A stretch of 61,183 nucleotides of DNA, filler included, from Candidatus Woesearchaeota archaeon (GCA_047603125.1; 8 parts of 8 records of this genome joined end to end with filler, not necessarily neighbours in it); one strand, 5' to 3'; positions 48,216 through 58,350 are shown, numbered from the whole stretch's first letter. Numbers and translations: made by a program. Notes: generated by a model from the letters alone, not told the origin.

Positions 48216-48584
48216 TTATTCTCTATGATATGGCCTATTCTCGTGAATCATTTTTGCTCGATATAGTTGTTCTGCAAGAAAAAGTGTTGCCATTTCATGA
48301 GTGAATGTCATCTTTGAGAGTGAAATAATTGTTTTTTTGTGTTTTTGTTCTTTTGTAAACCCATCAGTTGGGCCTATGATGAATCGCGTGTTTGGTTGTA
48401 CGAGTTTACTCAATTCTTTTGAGCTTATTTTCTTGCCATCTTCGCTTAAGAGAATGCAGTTTTGTGTGTCTTGTGGGAGATTTTTTATGTGGATGACTTT
48501 TGTTTTTGTTCGTTTGCAATAATAGTCTAGACCTTCTTTTATCCAAGGCGCTTTTACTTTTTCAAAGACGAGTATTTCTGGCAT
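48216..48584 (-). CDS. rlmH: RlmH-like SPOUT rRNA methyltransferase (short)
   Basis: FIIGPTDGF, SLSKMTFTHEMA, EQLYRA, PYHR. Confidence 0.88.
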   Translation of the reverse strand: MPEILVFEKVKAPWIKEGLDYYCKRTKTKVIHIKNLPQDTQNCILLSEDGKKISSKELSKLVQPNTRFIIGPTDGFTKEQKHKKTIISLSKMTFTHEMATLFLAEQLYRAKMIHENRPYHRE

Positions 48585-48659
48585 ATGTGGAAGGTAGGTA
48601 TTTTGAGGTTTATAAAAATATATGTGCAACTACCAAGTATCGAAAATATTGATACTTTT

Positions 48660-49925
48660 TTATACAACAATAAACTTTGCATCAGGGCGAGTCATCGCCA
48701 TACCACAGTGAAATGGAATTTCTCCTGTTTGTGTTGGTGTAAACTCAATTTCTAGTTGGTTACCGACCATTTCAGTTATACCAAGACGTGGTGCCATGAT
48801 GACGCGAGTACATCCTATTGCGCGCGTTCCATCAATCTGCCATTTGACAGGAATATCTTTTTGTAAATAAAATTGGTGCGGAATATAATTAATACCGTCC
48901 ACGCTCATTTTAACAATTTGATATCCATCAACGACTGGAACAAACATATCAGGTGTTATATCTCCTACAGGAGTCGATGTTGATGAAGGTAGGGTGATAC
49001 CTAAAAGCGTTGCGCTAGGAAGAAGCAGCGATATACCGATTACAACAATAATGCTGGCAGCAATTGCATTGACTCGTTGTCGAACAATTCCGCTAATTGT
49101 TGTTTGTATAAAACCAATACCAAGAAGCGCTGGCGTTGAGCCTATTGCAAAGAACAAAAGAAGCATTGCTGAGAGCGTAGGATTTCCCGTTGTCATGGCA
49201 TAGAGTTGCAATGCTTGCGTGAATCCACAAGGGAAAAAAAAGGATGCTACTCCTGTGATACTTGCTTGTTTTTTTGAGCTTGTGTTCATTTGAGACAAAA
49301 AGGAACTATCAACTCCAAATCGTAAAATTGGTGGGAGTATGGAGAGCAGTTGCAATCCGATAATAATTAAAAATACTGCCAATATAAATGTGATAAGTCC
49401 GCTCACTGTTGGATTGATATGAAAAAACGATCCAATATAACCAAGAGCAAATCCAAGCGTTGTAAATGTTGCTACGCGAGTAATATTAAATATTGCGTGA
49501 AATGTTGTTTGCTCAAACTTTGGAAGCTTGGATGAAAGTGCAAGGACAACTCCTCCAGTCACAGCTAGACAAGTAGAAATGGATGCAAAAATACCCATTA
49601 AGAGTGCTGTTGAGGGAGTGATTTGGGACAGATTCACAAAGGACTCTAAATTGGTTATTTTCATAATACTATAAATTGCAAGTACGAGTACAACACCGAT
49701 AAAAATTTCTTTATATGGGATTTCTCTTCTTGTCGTCAGTGTATATTCAGTTCCATCGAGGCATTGCTGCAATTGACGCTGTGTGAGTGGTTTTTTTAAT
49801 TCCAGTTCAATAGTTGAGCCGGAAAACGAAATCCGTTTGATTTTCTTTTCTTGCTCAAATCTCTCTTTTATGAGTTTTTCACAGCTTGCACAATGCATAC
49901 CTTTTACGTAATATGTTTTTTTCAT
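48660..49925 (-). CDS. HMA + DsbD_2/TauE-like TM + cupredoxin-domain protein
   Basis: GMHCASCE; STCLAVTGG and FFPCGFTQ; FHCGMAM. Confidence 0.88.
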   Translation of the reverse strand: MKKTYYVKGMHCASCEKLIKERFEQEKKIKRISFSGSTIELELKKPLTQRQLQQCLDGTEYTLTTRREIPYKEIFIGVVLVLAIYSIMKITNLESFVNLSQITPSTALLMGIFASISTCLAVTGGVVLALSSKLPKFEQTTFHAIFNITRVATFTTLGFALGYIGSFFHINPTVSGLITFILAVFLIIIGLQLLSILPPILRFGVDSSFLSQMNTSSKKQASITGVASFFFPCGFTQALQLYAMTTGNPTLSAMLLLFFAIGSTPALLGIGFIQTTISGIVRQRVNAIAASIIVVIGISLLLPSATLLGITLPSSTSTPVGDITPDMFVPVVDGYQIVKMSVDGINYIPHQFYLQKDIPVKWQIDGTRAIGCTRVIMAPRLGITEMVGNQLEIEFTPTQTGEIPFHCGMAMTRPDAKFIVV

Positions 49926-52039
49926 AATCGTAACCTCATTTTTAATAAGAGCGAATTTAGGACGACACTTACAGAGCTAAACGCCATTGCTCCTCCTGCA
50001 AGAATAGGATTGAGTGTCCAGCCAAAAAATGGATAGAACACCCCTGCTGCAATTGGAATAAGCGAAACATTGTAAATAAACGCCCAAAATAAATTTTGAT
50101 ATACTGTGGACATGGTTTTTTTGGTTAATGTCATCATTTGCACAAGGCTTTGGAGGTTTCCATTCATTAACACAATTGAACCAGATTCAATTGCAACATC
50201 TGTTCCTGTGCCCATTGCAATTCCAACATCTGCAGTCGCTAGTGCGGGAGCATCATTAATTCCATCTCCGACCATTGCAGTGACACCTTGTTTTTTGAGT
50301 TTTTCAATGTGGTCTGCTTTTTCATCTGGTTTAACATTTGCAAAATACGTTTGTATTCCTGCTTGTTTACAGATTGCTTTTGCAACGTATTGGTTGTCTC
50401 CAGTAATTAAGACGGTTTGAATATGTCTTTGATGAAGTTTTTTAATAACGCTTGCAGCTTCAGGTTTAATGATATCGGCAATAGCAATAAGCGCAAGTAG
50501 CTTTTTATCTTGTACGAGTGCGAGCACTGTTTTTGCCTGTTCTTCGAGTGTTTTTGCTTGTGCTTCTTGCTCCTTAGAAAGTGTTGCATGTGTGCGCGTG
50601 ACAATGGTGTACGTTTTTGTTGCAATTTTGGCACTCACACCTTTTCCTGTTTGTGTTTGAAAATTCGTTGTTTGTAAGAGTGGTTTTGTATTTTTCTCAA
50701 CAATGGCTTTTGCTAAAGGATGCTCGGATTGTGATTCGATACTTGCACTAATTTGCAGGGCATCATCTTTTGTAAATGAAACAACATCAGTTACTTGGGG
50801 TTTACCTTGTGTTATTGTGCCTGTTTTATCAAATGCAATGATTTGTATGTTTTTGGCTTTTTGTAACGCGTCACCACCTTTCACGAGAATACCATTTTTG
50901 GCTCCTAAGCCTGTTCCAACCATGAGTGCTGTTGGTGTTGCAAGTCCGAGTGCGCAAGGGCAAGCAATAACAAGGACGGTGACGGCGCTGATAAGTGCAA
51001 ATTCAAGGGAGCCTGTTGTAAAAAACCATATGGTGAAGGTTAATAATGAGATGATAAGGACGATAGGGACAAACACACTAGAAATTTTATCAACAATTTT
51101 TTGAATGGGTGCTTGTCGAGCCTGTGCTTGTTCGACAAGCGTGATTATTTTGGAGAGAATTGTTTTTTCTCCAGTTGCTGTGACTTTCATTTCAAAACTA
51201 CTTGCGGTGTTCATTGTTGCGCCAATGACCTTGCTTTTGACTGTTTTTGTCACAGGAATACTCTCACCCGTGAGCATACTCTCATCAATAACTCCTTCTC
51301 CTTTTGTGATGACTCCATCACAGGGAATGGTTGATGCGGGTTTGACAAGAAGTATGTCTCCTTGCTTAATTTCTTCGATAGGGATAACTACTTGTTTATT
51401 ATCAACAATTTTAATTGCTTGCTTTGCTCCAAGATTCATTATTTGCTCAATTGCTTTTGACGTATGAAGTTTTGCACGAAGCTCAAGCATGCGTCCAAGT
51501 AAAATGAGTGTGATAATGACTGCTGCTGCTTCAAAATAAAAATGCATTTCGCCAATCAGAAGTAAATAAATACTAAAAAAATACGCCGCGCTCGTACCTA
51601 AGGCAACAAGTGTGTCCATGTTTGCTGATTTTCGTTTGAGTGCGCCTATAGAGCCTGTATAAAATTGCCATCCTGCATAAAACTGAACTGGTGTTGCAAA
51701 GAGTAATTGCATCCATCCGTCCATGATTGGAAAAATCATAGAAAATACAACCAAGGGTGCAGTAAGGATGCTACTTAATATGACAAGATTTCGAAGTTTG
51801 TGTAGCTGTTCCTTTTGCTCATTTTTTTCTCCAGAGGCAACATCATATCCTTGTTTTTTAATTATTGAGACGATTTGTTCTTTTGTAATATGTTTGGGGT
51901 CATACTGAATGGTTGCTTTATTGGTAGCGATGCTCACCGAGGAATGCTCGATTGCTTGTTGTTTGTCGAGTGCGTTTTGAATGACTGCGCTACAACTGGC
52001 ACAATGCATGCCTTTTATGGTTAAATTGATAGTTTTCAT
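49922..52039 (-). CDS. copA: Copper-translocating P1B ATPase
   Basis: GMHCASC, TGES, ACPCALG, DKTGT, SEHP, GDGIND, YN, MAFSS. Confidence 0.95.
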   Translation of the reverse strand: MKTINLTIKGMHCASCSAVIQNALDKQQAIEHSSVSIATNKATIQYDPKHITKEQIVSIIKKQGYDVASGEKNEQKEQLHKLRNLVILSSILTAPLVVFSMIFPIMDGWMQLLFATPVQFYAGWQFYTGSIGALKRKSANMDTLVALGTSAAYFFSIYLLLIGEMHFYFEAAAVIITLILLGRMLELRAKLHTSKAIEQIMNLGAKQAIKIVDNKQVVIPIEEIKQGDILLVKPASTIPCDGVITKGEGVIDESMLTGESIPVTKTVKSKVIGATMNTASSFEMKVTATGEKTILSKIITLVEQAQARQAPIQKIVDKISSVFVPIVLIISLLTFTIWFFTTGSLEFALISAVTVLVIACPCALGLATPTALMVGTGLGAKNGILVKGGDALQKAKNIQIIAFDKTGTITQGKPQVTDVVSFTKDDALQISASIESQSEHPLAKAIVEKNTKPLLQTTNFQTQTGKGVSAKIATKTYTIVTRTHATLSKEQEAQAKTLEEQAKTVLALVQDKKLLALIAIADIIKPEAASVIKKLHQRHIQTVLITGDNQYVAKAICKQAGIQTYFANVKPDEKADHIEKLKKQGVTAMVGDGINDAPALATADVGIAMGTGTDVAIESGSIVLMNGNLQSLVQMMTLTKKTMSTVYQNLFWAFIYNVSLIPIAAGVFYPFFGWTLNPILAGGAMAFSSVSVVLNSLLLKMRLRL

Positions 52040-52043
52040 TACA

Positions 52044-52060
52044 ATTACAATATTTGTAAT
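52044..52060. promoter_or_regulatory. Palindromic operator candidate between copA and divergent regulator
   Basis: ATTACAA-TAT-TTGTAAT. Confidence 0.4.
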
Positions 52061-52093
52061 AATATTTAAATAGTCGTGTAATTTTATAACATT

Positions 52094-52585
52094 GTGAAAA
52101 AAGATCAATTTTGGACAGGATTTTTCCTAGCACTGCTCAGTTTTATCGCTCTTGTGTCAGTATTAATTGCCATATTAACATATACGCATAACCATGTCTT
52201 GCAATCTTGGCCGGTGCTATCATTTTTGGTTCAATACCATCTGTGGATTATGCTTTTTAGTATTTTTATTGCACTTATGTATGGGTTTACTATATCATTT
52301 GTGCTCCAACGTCGTGTTCGTCAAGAGCAACTTGTTTCAAAAAAATTATTGGAAATTATTTTGCTTTTTTTGAACACAGATGAACGCAGAGTTATCACTC
52401 ACTTACTCGAGCATAAAGGACACTCAACACAAGCCTCCATTGCACGAATAGAAGGGATGGGTGGGGTGAAGGCGCTTCGAACTGTGCAAAAAATGAAAGA
52501 AAAGTCTCTCGTACGTATAACAAAAGAAGGGAAAGTACGCCATGTGCATCTTAAAAAACAAATTGCGACATTGCTTAGCCAGTAG
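52094..52585 (+). CDS. Membrane-anchored wHTH regulator
   Basis: Two TM helices then DERRVI..L...TQASI...KALRTV..M wHTH. Confidence 0.75.
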   Translation: MKKDQFWTGFFLALLSFIALVSVLIAILTYTHNHVLQSWPVLSFLVQYHLWIMLFSIFIALMYGFTISFVLQRRVRQEQLVSKKLLEIILLFLNTDERRVITHLLEHKGHSTQASIARIEGMGGVKALRTVQKMKEKSLVRITKEGKVRHVHLKKQIATLLSQ

Positions 52586-53036
52586 GAAAATATTTAGGGT
52601 AATCGTATGATGTGAGGATGGTTGTGCCTTCTAAGGTTTTTTGTGTTTCCAGTTTGAGTGCGCGCTCTTGTGGTAAGAGTTCTCGTGGGAAAAAAAGAGG
52701 TTTGCCTGTGGTTTGTTTTTGTGTCCATGCGCCAATATATGCGGTGATGTTTTGGTCAAGTATTGACGGCTGCGGCCCATAAAATAGAATGGATTGAATA
52801 GTTGTGTTTCTCCACGGCCGAACATAGAGTTTTGTTTGAATAACCCATTCTGAAATATTTTCTTTGTTTTGTCCTACATATCGGGATTCTTGTCCTAATA
52901 CTTTACAAGGAACTGAAATGAGAAGTGTTCTTGGATCTTTTGGCTGTGGTTCGTTTGCTATCGTGGGTCGTTCGCTTTGTATAGATGCAACTCGTTTTTC
53001 AAGTGGGTTTAAATCCATACTTTGAGGAAATTTCAT
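52575..53036 (-). CDS. Hypothetical protein
   Basis: ORF only. Confidence 0.5.
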   Translation of the reverse strand: MKFPQSMDLNPLEKRVASIQSERPTIANEPQPKDPRTLLISVPCKVLGQESRYVGQNKENISEWVIQTKLYVRPWRNTTIQSILFYGPQPSILDQNITAYIGAWTQKQTTGKPLFFPRELLPQERALKLETQKTLEGTTILTSYDYPKYFPTG

Positions 53037-53106
53037 TCTCTTTATATGAATTTTGGTGATAGAAAAATAAGAGATTTTTTAAACGTCTTCGTAGTATACT
53101 TGCTTT

Positions 53107-53616
53107 ATGAAACAAGCACAAGCACAATTTCAAAAAAAAGAAATTATTGCAGTCGATTGTGATGCTGCCCGTCAACTTCATCAATCTGGTTTTGGTGTGA
53201 AGGGACCGAAAGGGAGTGTCTTTTTCTCTCTTGTTGAATCGTTATATTTAATGGAAAAAGGAAAGCTTAGTGTGCGTTCGAAAAGAAAAGACTATGAGTT
53301 TGATGATTTGTTTGTCAAGTTGCGACGCAAAGAATTATATGTTGTTTACAAAAAACTTCGTGACGCGGGACATAAAGTTCATTCCGGACTAAAATTTGGC
53401 GGGGATTTTCGTGTGTATGAGAAGGGAAGTGTGGTTGGCAAAGATCATGCAAAATGGATTGTTCATGCGGTAAACGATTCGCAACGTTTTACGTGGAAAG
53501 AATTTGCTGCACTTGCACGCGTTGCACACTCAACAAGAAAACATGTTTTATTTGGCGTTGTTGATAGTGAGTATGATGTTACCTTCTTTGATGTCGACTG
53601 GAAGCGCGTGTCCTAA
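53107..53616 (+). CDS. endA: tRNA-splicing endonuclease, catalytic subunit
   Basis: GLKFGGDFRVY, DHAKW, RVAHSTRK (Y/H/K triad). Confidence 0.93.
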   Translation: MKQAQAQFQKKEIIAVDCDAARQLHQSGFGVKGPKGSVFFSLVESLYLMEKGKLSVRSKRKDYEFDDLFVKLRRKELYVVYKKLRDAGHKVHSGLKFGGDFRVYEKGSVVGKDHAKWIVHAVNDSQRFTWKEFAALARVAHSTRKHVLFGVVDSEYDVTFFDVDWKRVS

Positions 53617-53863
53617 ATTCTACTTTATTGTCGAAATAGTGAAATGCTTCGCTAAATAAGTATGCTGCGCCAGCAATACCTGCGCCGTAAAGAATGAGGG
53701 GTGTTGGGTTTTTTGCAATCGCTATTACGAGTGTTCCTGTTGCGCCAATTCTATATGCTGCTTGTTTTACTACGTCTAATTGAGGTCTTTCGAGTTGTTT
53801 GATATCGTTTGCAGTATAGAATTGTCTCATTTCCTGCAGGATTGGGAGATTTTCAAGGCCCAC
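53579..53863 (-). CDS. Hypothetical membrane protein
   Basis: Short ORF with hydrophobic segments. Confidence 0.4.
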   Translation of the reverse strand: MGLENLPILQEMRQFYTANDIKQLERPQLDVVKQAAYRIGATGTLVIAIAKNPTPLILYGAGIAGAAYLFSEAFHYFDNKVEFRTRASSRHQRR

Positions 53864-53945
53864 ATTGTTTTTGGGTTTTAGCGATAGTATTTAATATATG
53901 CGTTGTCATTTATATGAGACTACGAATGACAACTTGTTATGTATG

Positions 53946-54452
53946 TAGTCGGCGACAAAAGAAAAAGATATAAATGAGTAGCTCTTCGTTTACTTCATGT
54001 TATCAATACCTGAACGAAAATTAATTGTCAAGTTACACAGACAAGGAAAGAAACAAGTTGAGATTTCTCAACTTGTTGGATGTGCACAATCGGTTGTGCA
54101 TAGATGGATTAGTCGAAATAAAGTGCGAGAAGATTTCGCATCTAGACCAAAATCTGGACGACCAACTAAACTGAAACAATCAGTAATTACTGAGCTAAAG
54201 ACTAAGCTTAAAAATAAAATTGAGCAAAAAAATGCTCAATTTGGTTCTATTACAACAAAAGAAATCAGAGAATTTATTCACCAAGAAATTGGTGAACTAT
54301 ATTCAATAAGACATGTAGAGAGAATCATGCATAAAATGGGATTTTCTCTCATTACGCCACGTACAATGCACACTAAACATGACCAAAAAGCAGCTGATAC
54401 ATTCCGAGAGGAATTTAAAAAAAAGGGAACTTTGCATAATTCGATATATTAA
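53946..54452 (+). mobile_element. IS630-family element remnant: left end + N-terminal HTH transposase ORF (53997-54452)
   Basis: HTH, RPKSGRPTKL, YSIRHVERIMHKMGFSLITPR; A-run slippery site at ~54417; no DDE motif before the contig end. Confidence 0.8.
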
Positions 54453-54601
54453 TATATTTGAAGTACTCAAATTGTTTGAGGTATGCCAAAATGAATACAN
54501 NNNNNNNNNNNNNNNNNNNNNNNNNNNNNNNNNNNNNNNNNNNTTAATTAATTAANNNNNNNNNNNNNNNNNNNNNNNNNNNNNNNNNNNNNNNNNNNNC
54601 A

Positions 54602-55282
54602 ATAGATCCTGCGCAAGTTGTCTATTTATGGGGGAACGGTTCGTTTGGTGAGTGTATTGCCTGTAATAATACGCACGGGGTACAGCAACGTTCCATTTTT
54701 TGTTACATTAATGGTACGGATGCAATTGTCTCACAGACGAATTGTCAAAATTTGCCTGCGCCGAATCAATTTCAAACTTGTGAGCTGGATAGCACATTTA
54801 ATCAAACAATGTTTCGAAAGGAACCTGATTTCTATTTTGTAATAAATAATTCAAATGCGCGTGTGCAAATGGCAAATGAATCAATTTTTTATTCTCTTAA
54901 TGTGAACTTTGACACTATCTTTTCTCGAAAATACTCGGCGTCTGAAAATCCCTATGTATGTACAGGGGATAATGTTTTGTTTTATGGAAGTGGGAAAACA
55001 AATGCGAAGGTACAATTTACAAATACAACTTGGACACTTCCTGTTAGTTGGCCTGAAGAATATCCGTATTCTCCTGAGGGTTATGAGTATGCGTATTGCT
55101 ATGGGGATTTACAATGCCAAGTTCGTGTTGGATTATGCCGGCCTGATGAGCGTGCAATTGTATCTGTTTCGGGATTTACCAATGCAAAGGTGGAGAGTCC
55201 AAACAGAGGAAATTATCCATATCGTTTGTGCTGTACAACAGAATTTTTACACAACCCTGCAATTTGTCAATATATGGAGTGA
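54602..55282 (+). CDS. Cys-rich surface protein with TSP1-like repeat (5'-partial)
   Basis: Frame open from contig edge; WGNGSFGECIAC..GVQQRSIFC..C..LPAP..QTC; TNAK..YRLCC repeats like 9656..10954. Confidence 0.7.
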   Translation: MDPAQVVYLWGNGSFGECIACNNTHGVQQRSIFCYINGTDAIVSQTNCQNLPAPNQFQTCELDSTFNQTMFRKEPDFYFVINNSNARVQMANESIFYSLNVNFDTIFSRKYSASENPYVCTGDNVLFYGSGKTNAKVQFTNTTWTLPVSWPEEYPYSPEGYEYAYCYGDLQCQVRVGLCRPDERAIVSVSGFTNAKVESPNRGNYPYRLCCTTEFLHNPAICQYME

Positions 55283-55657
55283 TGAGTTGTTATACTTAGT
55301 AGCGGGTTCTTTGAGCATTTGATGATTTTGTTTTTCAATGGCTGCAATTTCTTTTTTTAAAAAAGGTATGTCTATTGTGATGATATTCCATATAACGTGT
55401 AAGTCAATGCCAAAATAATGATGAATCATCTTGTCTCGGGTTCTTGCAATCTGACTCCAGGGGATGTCGGGATATTTTTTTTGTACCTTTGAAGAAATTT
55501 GTTTTACTGCTTTTCCTATAATTTCAATCTCTCGAATAGTTGCACTTTGAACAATTCGCTTTTCTAAAAATTCGGTTTTTTTCATTGATTGCGTGAATTC
55601 TTCAATGGCGGCTATGCTTTCTTTAATGTGGTGCAAGTACACAGTATCCGTTTTCAT
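55247..55657 (-). CDS. HepT/DUF86 HEPN toxin
   Basis: IEIIGKAVK, IPWSQI..RDKMIHHYFG. Confidence 0.9.
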   Translation of the reverse strand: MKTDTVYLHHIKESIAAIEEFTQSMKKTEFLEKRIVQSATIREIEIIGKAVKQISSKVQKKYPDIPWSQIARTRDKMIHHYFGIDLHVIWNIITIDIPFLKKEIAAIEKQNHQMLKEPATKYNNSSLHILTNCRVV

Positions 55658-56103
55658 AGTATTTGCACCTGTTCTTGCATCATTTGTGTTTTTAGTATTG
55701 GGCTGATACTGTTATAGGTGAGAAGGTCAATCTTTCTTTTGAGTGCTTTTTCTAATTCTTGTTCTATTTTGGCTAGTGCAAAACCGAAATTTTTTGGGGG
55801 TTGTATAACAATGTCAATATCGCTTGTCTTTTTTTGCTCAAGGCGAGCAAAACTTCCAGCAATGCTTGCCTTTTGTACTTGATATTTTTCTAATATGTGT
55901 TTTGTCGTGTGAATAATTTTTTCTAACTCATTTTGCTTTGCAAGTATTTGATCTGCTTTTCTCACTGCTCGTGCAAGTTGGAAGGTTGTAAGATTTTTCC
56001 CTAAGTATATTCTTCGTTTTTTTACTGAATTTTGAAAGCGAACGGAGTGTGCTCTATAAAAATAATCGGTCTGATTTCTGGTTTTTCTTTCAACATATGC
56101 CAT
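55654..56103 (-). CDS. MntA-type nucleotidyltransferase antitoxin with N-terminal extension
   Basis: GSFAR..SDIDI, LE..L.RKIDLL. Confidence 0.88.
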   Translation of the reverse strand: MAYVERKTRNQTDYFYRAHSVRFQNSVKKRRIYLGKNLTTFQLARAVRKADQILAKQNELEKIIHTTKHILEKYQVQKASIAGSFARLEQKKTSDIDIVIQPPKNFGFALAKIEQELEKALKRKIDLLTYNSISPILKTQMMQEQVQIL

Positions 56104-56211
56104 GTGTATTTGTACGTCTACATTCTTTAAAACATTTCTAGTGATTTTTTTGAAAGATTTTCCATTTGTTTTGCCAAGAATTTTATAAATACATTCTTTT
56201 TTCACTAGGAT

Positions 56212-56961
56212 ATGAGCATACAAACAATCTTTTCAGGATATCATCTTGTCTTTACAAATCGATGTAATGATGCGATTAAACAAGCGTTGGATATTGCTAA
56301 AAGGAGGGGATTTACAAGTGTTGGTATTCAAGATGAAGGTGGTTGGTTTTTGTATGAAAAGTTTGCTAAACAACGGGGTTTTGATGTATATGAAATTCCG
56401 ACAAATGAAGGTAAACTTGCGCGAGATTCTATTCGACCAAATACAGTCGTGTTATCACATACGCTTTGTGGATATGCGATTTTAGATGATGCACAGCTTA
56501 TTCGTCAACACTGTGATGCGCATGGGTGTTTATACATTGAAGATGTATGCGGTTGTCCACAAGTTTCACATTTTGGTCATATGGTCGTGTGTAGTTTTGG
56601 TCGTGCAAAACCACTTTCAATAGGACATGGTGGCGTTCTTGCGTGCGAACAAAAAGACTGGTGCGAGGGTGCTGATTCGTCTGTTGTCGATATGGAGGCA
56701 CTAACTTATAGTGTTGTGCAGCTTCCGGAAAAACTCATTCGTGCGCAAACATTGATTGCAAAGATGAAAAAGGATTTGTCTTCTTATGAGCTTCGTGCTG
56801 ATTCGCATGCGTTGGTTTTGATTGTTTTTTTTGAAACTGATGCGCAAAAGGAAAAAATAATTTCGTATTGTCAAACTCACTCATATCCCTTTGAGCTTTG
56901 TCCGCGCTATATTCGAACAAATAAGCCTGCGGTGAGTATTGAAGTGAAGCGATTGTTGTGA
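56212..56961 (+). CDS. DegT/DnrJ-like PLP-dependent transferase fold protein (divergent)
   Basis: YIEDVC, CSFGRAKPLSIGHGG. Confidence 0.6.
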   Translation: MSIQTIFSGYHLVFTNRCNDAIKQALDIAKRRGFTSVGIQDEGGWFLYEKFAKQRGFDVYEIPTNEGKLARDSIRPNTVVLSHTLCGYAILDDAQLIRQHCDAHGCLYIEDVCGCPQVSHFGHMVVCSFGRAKPLSIGHGGVLACEQKDWCEGADSSVVDMEALTYSVVQLPEKLIRAQTLIAKMKKDLSSYELRADSHALVLIVFFETDAQKEKIISYCQTHSYPFELCPRYIRTNKPAVSIEVKRLL

Positions 56962-57092
56962 TTTTAGATTATTCCTCCGGGTGTTGGGCATCTCGTGCCA
57001 ATTTATAAATAATCCTCTAAGTTAGAAAATATTTGTAAATTAAATGGATTATTTTGCAAAAGTTTTTAAATTATAGCCACTTTCTACTCTCT

Positions 57093-58292
57093 ATGATTCA
57101 AAGAGAGATATATCCGAAACTGCAAAAATTATATCAAAAACCTGATATTTTGGCGCTAGTGGGCTCAAGACGGGTCGGAAAAACTACGTTGATGCATTTG
57201 CTATTTGAAGCAGAAACACGACAAAAAGAGTTTCTTTCTTTTGATGATCAAGAGGTATTAAGTTTATTTCAAACCAATATTAAGGAGTTTGCCAATTTGT
57301 ATGTACAACCAAATAGTGTCCTTTTTATAGACGAGTTTCAGTATGCAAAAGAAGGTGGCAAGCAACTAAAGTATTTGTATGATACATACGATATAAAAGT
57401 AGTAATTTCAGGATCATCATCCCCCGAATTAACAATTCAATCCTTGAGTTATTTGGTGGGGAGAGTTTTTATCGTAACTATTTATCCCCTAACTTTTAAA
57501 GAATTCCTCAAATATAAAGAAAAAAAGTATTTGCCGATCTTAAAAAATCCTACAAAGCAAACGATTCCATTAATACAAAGTTATTTTGAGGAATATTTGC
57601 AATTTGGAGGATATCCTCAAGTTGTTTTGGAAAAAACGACGAGTGAAAAGATTCAGCGATTAAAACAGATTGTAAATACCTATTTACTTAAAGAGATTCG
57701 CGATATTTTGCAGTATAAAGATTCAGTATTATTTGAAAGGTTTCTCAAAGTACTTGCGTTGCAAGAAGGAGGCGTTTTAAATAAGTCTAAATTAAGTTCA
57801 CTTCTTGATATTCATATTCATAAGGTGACTGAAATACTACATGTGCTAGAACAAACATTTATTATAACACAATTACAGCCGTATCAAAATACAAAAATAA
57901 AAGAACTTATTAAATCTGCGAAATTATATTTTCAAGACAGCGGTTTTAGAAATGTCTTACTTAACAATTTCAATACAATTCATCAAAGAATTGATAAGGG
58001 TGTTATTTATGAACAATTTATTTTACAGACATTAAAGCAATCAGAAAAATCAATGAAATTTTATAATTATAAAAATAGCAGCGAAGTTGATTTTTTATTA
58101 GATGATTTGCCAATAGAGGTTAAATCACATATTTCTGCTGCAAAAATAGAACGAGGGTTTTATTCTTATTTAGATAAATTTAATCCTCGTAGTGCAATTG
58201 TGTTTAATGAGAATATTATCGAGGATATAACAGTTAACCGGACGAGAGTCGAGTTCAAACACTTTTTTTCTGTATTTTCTGTTATTGAGTAG
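57093..58292 (+). CDS. AAA_14 ATPase + DUF4143 protein
   Basis: GSRRVGKTT, IDEFQ, SGSS, FGGYP, KLYFQDSG, EVDF..PIEVK. Confidence 0.9.
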   Translation: MIQREIYPKLQKLYQKPDILALVGSRRVGKTTLMHLLFEAETRQKEFLSFDDQEVLSLFQTNIKEFANLYVQPNSVLFIDEFQYAKEGGKQLKYLYDTYDIKVVISGSSSPELTIQSLSYLVGRVFIVTIYPLTFKEFLKYKEKKYLPILKNPTKQTIPLIQSYFEEYLQFGGYPQVVLEKTTSEKIQRLKQIVNTYLLKEIRDILQYKDSVLFERFLKVLALQEGGVLNKSKLSSLLDIHIHKVTEILHVLEQTFIITQLQPYQNTKIKELIKSAKLYFQDSGFRNVLLNNFNTIHQRIDKGVIYEQFILQTLKQSEKSMKFYNYKNSSEVDFLLDDLPIEVKSHISAAKIERGFYSYLDKFNPRSAIVFNENIIEDITVNRTRVEFKHFFSVFSVIE

Positions 58293-58350
58293 ATGTTGTA
58301 ATCTGAATTACTTTTTAGATTTTTATAAAAAGGTGCGGGGATTCTTATTA

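Noticed and set aside
54417..54499. Programmed frameshift into an IS630 DDE domain
   Set aside because: The slippery A-run is present, but no DDE motif appears in any frame before the contig ends; treated as a remnant.
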